From: an uncultured delta proteobacterium
Lineage (GTDB): Bacteria > Myxococcota_A > Polyangia > Polyangiales > Polyangiaceae
Length of the DNA: 64,000 nt
Reading direction: 5' to 3'
NCBI GenBank assembly: GCA_963850305.1
Contig: CAWKKR010000004.1
Coordinates: forward strand, 32,001-96,000
Shown: positions 58,890 to 64,000 of the stretch, piece by piece
Numbering within the stretch: position 1 is the stretch's first letter
How the letters are laid out: each line of letters begins with the position of its first letter
Made by a program: the position numbers and the translations under genes
Notes under the pieces: model-generated
Told to the model about the DNA's origin: nothing
Seen by the model: only the letters and a program-made list of their open reading frames with translations
Database searches by the model: none

Positions 58890-61800
58890 ATGGACGCAGA
58901 TCTCCTCACGTTGTGCGCTGAGCTCGAGCGCGCCTTCGATCTCGACGAGCTGAAGACAATGAGCCGAGACGTCCTCGGCATGGACCCGGACGCCGTCGGC
59001 GGGGTCTCCGCTCTGGGGTCGTTCGTCAAGGCGCTGACCCAGCGCTGCGTCGAGTCGGATGCGGTGGTTGCGCTCTGCGATGCCATGGCGGCGGCGCGGG
59101 AGGATCTCGATCCGCGCGTGACTGAGCTTCGGTCGCACGGCGTGACTGGCGACGGCGACCTCGAGCTCGGCGACGACTTCGGACCGTACCTCGTGCTGCG
59201 CCGACTCGGACATGGACGACTCGGCACGGTGTACCTCGCACGATACGAAGGCACGGACGTTCGCCTCAAGGTGCTGCGCCGCGAGGCCACGTACGATCGA
59301 GTCGGTCTGCAGCGATTCCTTGCGGCCAGTCGCCTGGCCGGATCGGTCAGGCACGACGGGTTGCCGGGACACGTGGTGGCCGGCGACATAGAGGGCAGAT
59401 ATTTCGTGGCGCACCGGCATGTCGAGGGACAGACGCTCGCCGCCCGCATAGCGCGGACCGGCGCGATGCACATCGAGGAGGCGCGCGGCGTCTTGCAGGG
59501 CATCCTTCAGGCTCTCGCCCACCTTCACGACCGGCGCCTCGTGCACGGCAGTCTGCGGCTCGAGAACATCCTCGTCGGCACCGCGAAGGACGGATCGGAC
59601 GCCGTCGTGTTACTCGACGCGGGAACGTATCATCTCGGGGTCGCGCCGGTGCCGGCGAACGGGCGGAGCGATCGGCTCGCGTCGATGGGCTCTCCTAAGA
59701 CACTGTCCCCCGAACAGATCCAGGGACGCCTCCCGGACGCAAGCAGCGACCTCTACTCGTTCGGGGCCGTGCTGTTCGAGGTGCTGACGGGTCGCCCCGT
59801 GTTCGAGGCGGGCAGCGTCGCCGAAGCGTTCATGGCACACCTGACGCGTGAACCATCGCTCCCGAGCCTCAGCGCGCCCGCCGGCTGGGCGGGAGCAGAC
59901 GTCGACGACCTGGTCACGCAGCTGCTGAACAAGGACCCGGAGCATCGCCCGGGAGACGCGCACACGCTCTTTCGAGCGATCGAAATGCTGGGCACCGGTG
60001 GACCCGAGGGGGAACGGATCGACGGGGACGCGCTCGAGGAACGGGTTCGCGAGCTGCTTTCGAACCCGACGGACGCGTTCTGCGAAGAAGAGCTCGTGGG
60101 CGCGATCCGGCAGGGCGGCAGCCCGCGGCGCGTCGCGGAGGCGCTCCGACTCGCCGCCGATCTCGTGGACCCCGACGAGGGCCCGGAGGCGCTCGCCGCT
60201 CAGCGACGACTGCTGTCGCGCGCGGCGCGGCTCTTCGCGACGTCGCTGAAGGAACCGGAATCGGCGGAACCGCTCTATGCACGGCTCGCCCAGATCGATC
60301 CGGATGATGCAGAGACTCAGGCGACGCTCGACCGCCTGCGGCGCCAGCTCGGGAAGCACGAGGACATCGTCGAGGGACTCCTGGAACGGTGCGAGTTGGA
60401 AGAGGATCCTACCGCGCGCGCGCTCCTCTGGTCGCAGATCGGCCGACTCTACACGACGGAGCTCGGCGACGCCAATCAGGCGATGGTCGCCTTCATTCAG
60501 GCGTTCTGCGCGGACCCCCTGACGCCTGCCTACGCGATGGAAGTCGAGCGCCTGGCCAAGAGCCCAGACGCCTGGAGCGACGTGCTGCAGGAGTGCATGA
60601 ACGCCGCCCACGAGGAGATGCCGGCGGCGGCAAAGCAAGCTCTCTTGCTGCAAATGGCGCGCTGGTACGACTCGAAGATTTCGCGTCCCGATCTGGCCCT
60701 GCCCTGCTACACGGCGGTCCTGTCGACGGATCCCGCGAGCGACGCCGCGCTCGACGGCCTCTGCACGATTTACCGCAAGGCACAGCAATGGTCCGAGCTC
60801 GGGCAAGCGCTGCTCCTCCGCGCGGATCTCCGGTCCACGCCGGCGTCGATCGCGCGCGATCTGCGCGTCGAATCCGCCGAGATCTTGGAGAATCGCCTCG
60901 GCGCCTCGGAGGCGGCGAAGGAGATCTACGAACGCGTTCTGAAGGAGGACCCGTCGCACGAAGCCGCGTGCGATGCCCTGGTTCAGCTCTACGAGAAAGC
61001 CGGCGATTTCCCGAAGTTCGTCGCGACACTCGAATCGAGAGCGCGAGCGCTCCAGGGCGACGAGCGACGCGCCACGATGTTCCGGATCGCGGAAGCGACG
61101 GAACTCTACATCAAGGACATTCCCGACGCGATACGCCGCTACCAGCTCGTCGTGTCCGAAGATCCGAAGCACATCGACGCTCTCCACGGGCTCGACCGCT
61201 GTTACAGCCAGGCGGGGCGCTTTCGCGATCTCGTGCACAACCTCGAGCAGCAAATTGCCGCGGCGGCGACACCCCGCCAGAAGATCCAGCTCTGGGAGCG
61301 CGTGGCCGCCGTCTGGGACGAGGAGTTCATCGACCACGGCAAGGCCGCGGAGGCCTGGGAGAACGTCCTCGACCTCGACGCCGAGCACGACGGGGCGCTG
61401 ACGAATCTCGTCCGCCATTACCGTGCCCTCGAGCGCTGGAACGACGTCGTGGTCGTGTATGAGCGCCACATGGAGCTGCTCCAGAAGGACAGGCCCCGCC
61501 AGCTGGAAAAGGCCCTCGGGCTGGGGAAGGTGCTGGCCGACGGTCTCCAGGTTCCGGAGCGTGCCATCGCCGTCTACGAGCGTGCGCTCGCTCTCGACCC
61601 CGGCAACTCCGAAGCCCTCGAGGCACTGGCGGCGCTGCGCGTCGGGACCGGCGAAACGTCGGGCGCCGTGGATGCAATCGAAGCTCTCGCCCGGAAGGCT
61701 CAGACGCCGACGGAACGCTCGGAGCACTTCATTCGTGCTGCGCAGATCCTGGAAGCGCGCGGAGACATGGACGGGGCGATCGAACGCTACAAGCTCGCGG

Positions 61801-64000
61801 TCGAAGCGAACCCGAAGGATCGATCCGCGCCGCTCATCCTCCGCGCCGCGTACGTCGCGCGCGGAGACGTGAACGCAGCGGCCGAGCTGCTCGAGCAGGA
61901 GATCAAGCAGACCGAAGGCGAGTCCGCTCGCGCAAAACTCGCTGGCGAAATGGCCGCGCTCTGTCGCGATCGGCTTCACAACGACGCCCGCGGAGAGTCC
62001 TGGGCGAAGATCGCCCTTGGTCTCGACCCGACGAACCTCGACGCGCTCCGGGTCATGGGGGACGTCGCCTTCGACGCCGATCACTTCGTGGAGGCGATGC
62101 GCTACTACGACCAGGTCGCGAATCGCACGGACGCGCTGACGCCCCCCGATGCGGTCCGGGTGCTGTCGGCGTACGCCGAGTGCCTCGTGAAGAACAACGC
62201 CGGCAAGAAGGCCGTCGAGGTCGCGGAGAAGCTACTCGCGCTCGCCCCCAACGACGCGACCGTACTCACACGGGCCTCGGAGCTCCTCTTCGAGCACGGG
62301 GAGCCCCACCGTTCATTCGAGGTTCACTGGGACGTGCAGCATCACCTGCGGGACACGCTGGAACCGAGCGAGCGAGCGCGGGTTCTTTATCGTCTCGGCG
62401 AGTCCGCGCGGCGCTCCGGGGACTTCGGGGCGGCGTTGAATCCGCTCGAAGAAGCGGCGTCTCTGGACCCCGACCCGAAGGCGGCGCTGAGGTCCCTCGC
62501 CCTCGTTTACGGTGCGCGCGGCAACTGGGAAGTCGCCATCCGAACGATGTACCGCCAGCTCGAGTTCGAGCAGGGGGACGACCGCGCTCAGCTCTTGCTC
62601 GAAATTGGGGATCTCGCGGCGGAAAAGCTCAAAGACCCATCGTACGCCGCGAAGAGCTACCTGTCCGCGCTCAGCGAGAAGCCGAACGACCGGCGAATCC
62701 TCGCGAAGCTGATGCAGCTCTACAGCGCCGAGAAAGACTGGGATCGTCTCGTCAAGGTGGTGCTGAAGCTTGCGGACTTCGTCGACGACGACAAGCAGAA
62801 GGCCAAGTACCTCTACACCGCGGGGCGGGTCGCCTGGAAGGAGATGGGCGACGTCAAGCTCGCGAGTCAGATCCTCGCTCGCTCGCTCGAGCTCGACGCA
62901 GAGAACGAAGACGTCGCGAAGGACGGCGTCGAGGTCCATGCCCTCTCGGGCAACGCGGAGGGACTGAAGGAAGCTCTGAAGCGCCAGGTGAAGATCGCCT
63001 CGGACGCGGGCGACAGAGAGCAGATGCTGCGGTCGCTCGGCGCGCTCGCGGAGCTCTATCTCCGTCATTTCAAGCGCATGGATCAAGCGATCGCCGTTAC
63101 CGAAGCGGCGCTCGAAGTCGATCCCGACAACGTCGAGCGCAAGGAGCTCCTGGCGCAACTCTACGCGTCCGATACTTCACACTATCTCGACAAGGCCGTC
63201 GCGGCGCAGCTCGAGATCATCTCGCGCGATCCATTCCGACCCGACGCCCACAAGACGCTCCGCCGTCTCTACACCGAGCAGCACAACCCCGACGCGGCGT
63301 GGTGCTGTTGCCAGGCCCTCTACGTCCTCGGTCAGGCCGATGGCGACGAGCAGAGATTTTACCTTCGCATGCGGAACGAGGAGGGCATCACGGCGAAGTC
63401 GCGCCTCACCGAGCCGGATTTTCATTCGTTCTTGTTACACAAGCACGCGGATCCCCTCCTGACGGCACTCTTCACCGTCATACAGCCGGCGGTCATGCTG
63501 GCCCGCGGCAGGACGTTGAAGCAGCTCGGGTACGGGCCGGAACTCCTCATCGATCCGAGCCGCGGACAGTTCGCCTCTGCGCAGGTCATCCCTTACGTCG
63601 CGGACATCCTCGGCATGCCGTGCCCTCCGCTCTTTCAGAATCCGAACGAGTACGGTGAGCTCGCCTTCGTACATGCGCAGCACCCATCCATCGTCATCGG
63701 CACGGCGGTCATCGGCGTCGCGCTGCCGATCCAGACGATTGCCTTCATGGCGGCGCGTCATCTGAGTTTCTATCGGCCCGGCATGTACGTCCGCCAGCTC
63801 GTGCCTACCACGACGGGGCTCAAGGCCTGGCTATTTGCCGCCATCCGATTGATGACGCCGCAATTCCCGATCCCGCCAGACATCCAGGGTCCGGTTCAGG
63901 AGGCGTACCTCGCGCTCGATCGCGGCGTGACGGGATCACAGCGCGACCACCTCGCTCGCGTCGTCTCCAAGCTTCTGCAAGAGGGTACGGCGCTCGATCT
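58890..64000 (+). CDS. Giant Ser/Thr pseudokinase + TPR-repeat protein, 3'-partial (>1700 aa)
   Basis: ATG 58890; kinase fold (GHGRLGTV, LKVL, HGSLRLEN, DAG, SPEQ, DLYSFG) then many TPRs; absent from the ORF track, consistent with the frame staying open to the window end. Confidence 0.85.
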   Translation, partial: MDADLLTLCAELERAFDLDELKTMSRDVLGMDPDAVGGVSALGSFVKALTQRCVESDAVVALCDAMAAAREDLDPRVTELRSHGVTGDGDLELGDDFGPYLVLRRLGHGRLGTVYLARYEGTDVRLKVLRREATYDRVGLQRFLAASRLAGSVRHDGLPGHVVAGDIEGRYFVAHRHVEGQTLAARIARTGAMHIEEARGVLQGILQALAHLHDRRLVHGSLRLENILVGTAKDGSDAVVLLDAGTYHLGVAPVPANGRSDRLASMGSPKTLSPEQIQGRLPDASSDLYSFGAVLFEVLTGRPVFEAGSVAEAFMAHLTREPSLPSLSAPAGWAGADVDDLVTQLLNKDPEHRPGDAHTLFRAIEMLGTGGPEGERIDGDALEERVRELLSNPTDAFCEEELVGAIRQGGSPRRVAEALRLAADLVDPDEGPEALAAQRRLLSRAARLFATSLKEPESAEPLYARLAQIDPDDAETQATLDRLRRQLGKHEDIVEGLLERCELEEDPTARALLWSQIGRLYTTELGDANQAMVAFIQAFCADPLTPAYAMEVERLAKSPDAWSDVLQECMNAAHEEMPAAAKQALLLQMARWYDSKISRPDLALPCYTAVLSTDPASDAALDGLCTIYRKAQQWSELGQALLLRADLRSTPASIARDLRVESAEILENRLGASEAAKEIYERVLKEDPSHEAACDALVQLYEKAGDFPKFVATLESRARALQGDERRATMFRIAEATELYIKDIPDAIRRYQLVVSEDPKHIDALHGLDRCYSQAGRFRDLVHNLEQQIAAAATPRQKIQLWERVAAVWDEEFIDHGKAAEAWENVLDLDAEHDGALTNLVRHYRALERWNDVVVVYERHMELLQKDRPRQLEKALGLGKVLADGLQVPERAIAVYERALALDPGNSEALEALAALRVGTGETSGAVDAIEALARKAQTPTERSEHFIRAAQILEARGDMDGAIERYKLAVEANPKDRSAPLILRAAYVARGDVNAAAELLEQEIKQTEGESARAKLAGEMAALCRDRLHNDARGESWAKIALGLDPTNLDALRVMGDVAFDADHFVEAMRYYDQVANRTDALTPPDAVRVLSAYAECLVKNNAGKKAVEVAEKLLALAPNDATVLTRASELLFEHGEPHRSFEVHWDVQHHLRDTLEPSERARVLYRLGESARRSGDFGAALNPLEEAASLDPDPKAALRSLALVYGARGNWEVAIRTMYRQLEFEQGDDRAQLLLEIGDLAAEKLKDPSYAAKSYLSALSEKPNDRRILAKLMQLYSAEKDWDRLVKVVLKLADFVDDDKQKAKYLYTAGRVAWKEMGDVKLASQILARSLELDAENEDVAKDGVEVHALSGNAEGLKEALKRQVKIASDAGDREQMLRSLGALAELYLRHFKRMDQAIAVTEAALEVDPDNVERKELLAQLYASDTSHYLDKAVAAQLEIISRDPFRPDAHKTLRRLYTEQHNPDAAWCCCQALYVLGQADGDEQRFYLRMRNEEGITAKSRLTEPDFHSFLLHKHADPLLTALFTVIQPAVMLARGRTLKQLGYGPELLIDPSRGQFASAQVIPYVADILGMPCPPLFQNPNEYGELAFVHAQHPSIVIGTAVIGVALPIQTIAFMAARHLSFYRPGMYVRQLVPTTTGLKAWLFAAIRLMTPQFPIPPDIQGPVQEAYLALDRGVTGSQRDHLARVVSKLLQEGTALD

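Noticed and set aside
59610..62084. 824-aa minus-strand ORF
   Set aside because: Antisense shadow of the pseudokinase-TPR gene; no motifs, typical of GC-rich DNA
1..64000. tRNA, rRNA, CRISPR, IS or integrase
   Set aside because: None recognised by eye; covariance-model searches would be needed to exclude small RNAs

Overview
GC-rich bacterial chromosome segment; its Cys-rich lipoproteins, vWA and serpin relics and giant kinase-TPR protein suggest a myxobacterium (Polyangiales-like, inference only). In order: a heavily frameshifted yhiI-rbbA-yhhJ ABC-2 exporter; a phosphoketolase-acetate kinase-class I aldolase-Cof hydrolase operon divergent from a GH15 gene, with back-to-back sigma54-like promoters; small accessory genes; a rearranged PQQ cluster (pqqA-C-D-E divergent from pqqB, with a 57-aa C-terminally extended PqqA missing from the ORF track) beside a three-lipoprotein propeller/diheme-cytochrome operon; an EGF/Sushi-repeat lipoprotein; a cytochrome b-molybdopterin oxidoreductase; an orphan UrtA-like binding protein followed by an 885-aa MocR-MOSC-rubredoxin fusion that lacks the PLP lysine (best candidate for an undescribed system); housekeeping genes (DTW, 5'-nucleotidase, argG, rhomboid, purL, ppc, pfk, cls); a damaged multi-receiver hybrid kinase; a CpxP/CpxR/CpxA-like module; and the 5' part of a >1700-aa pseudokinase-TPR protein. 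Several intergenic gaps hold recognisable gene relics (vWA-protein tail, serpin, wHTH, PIN, HEPN). I saw no rRNA, tRNA, CRISPR array or transposase. All calls come from motif recognition by eye; no searches were run.
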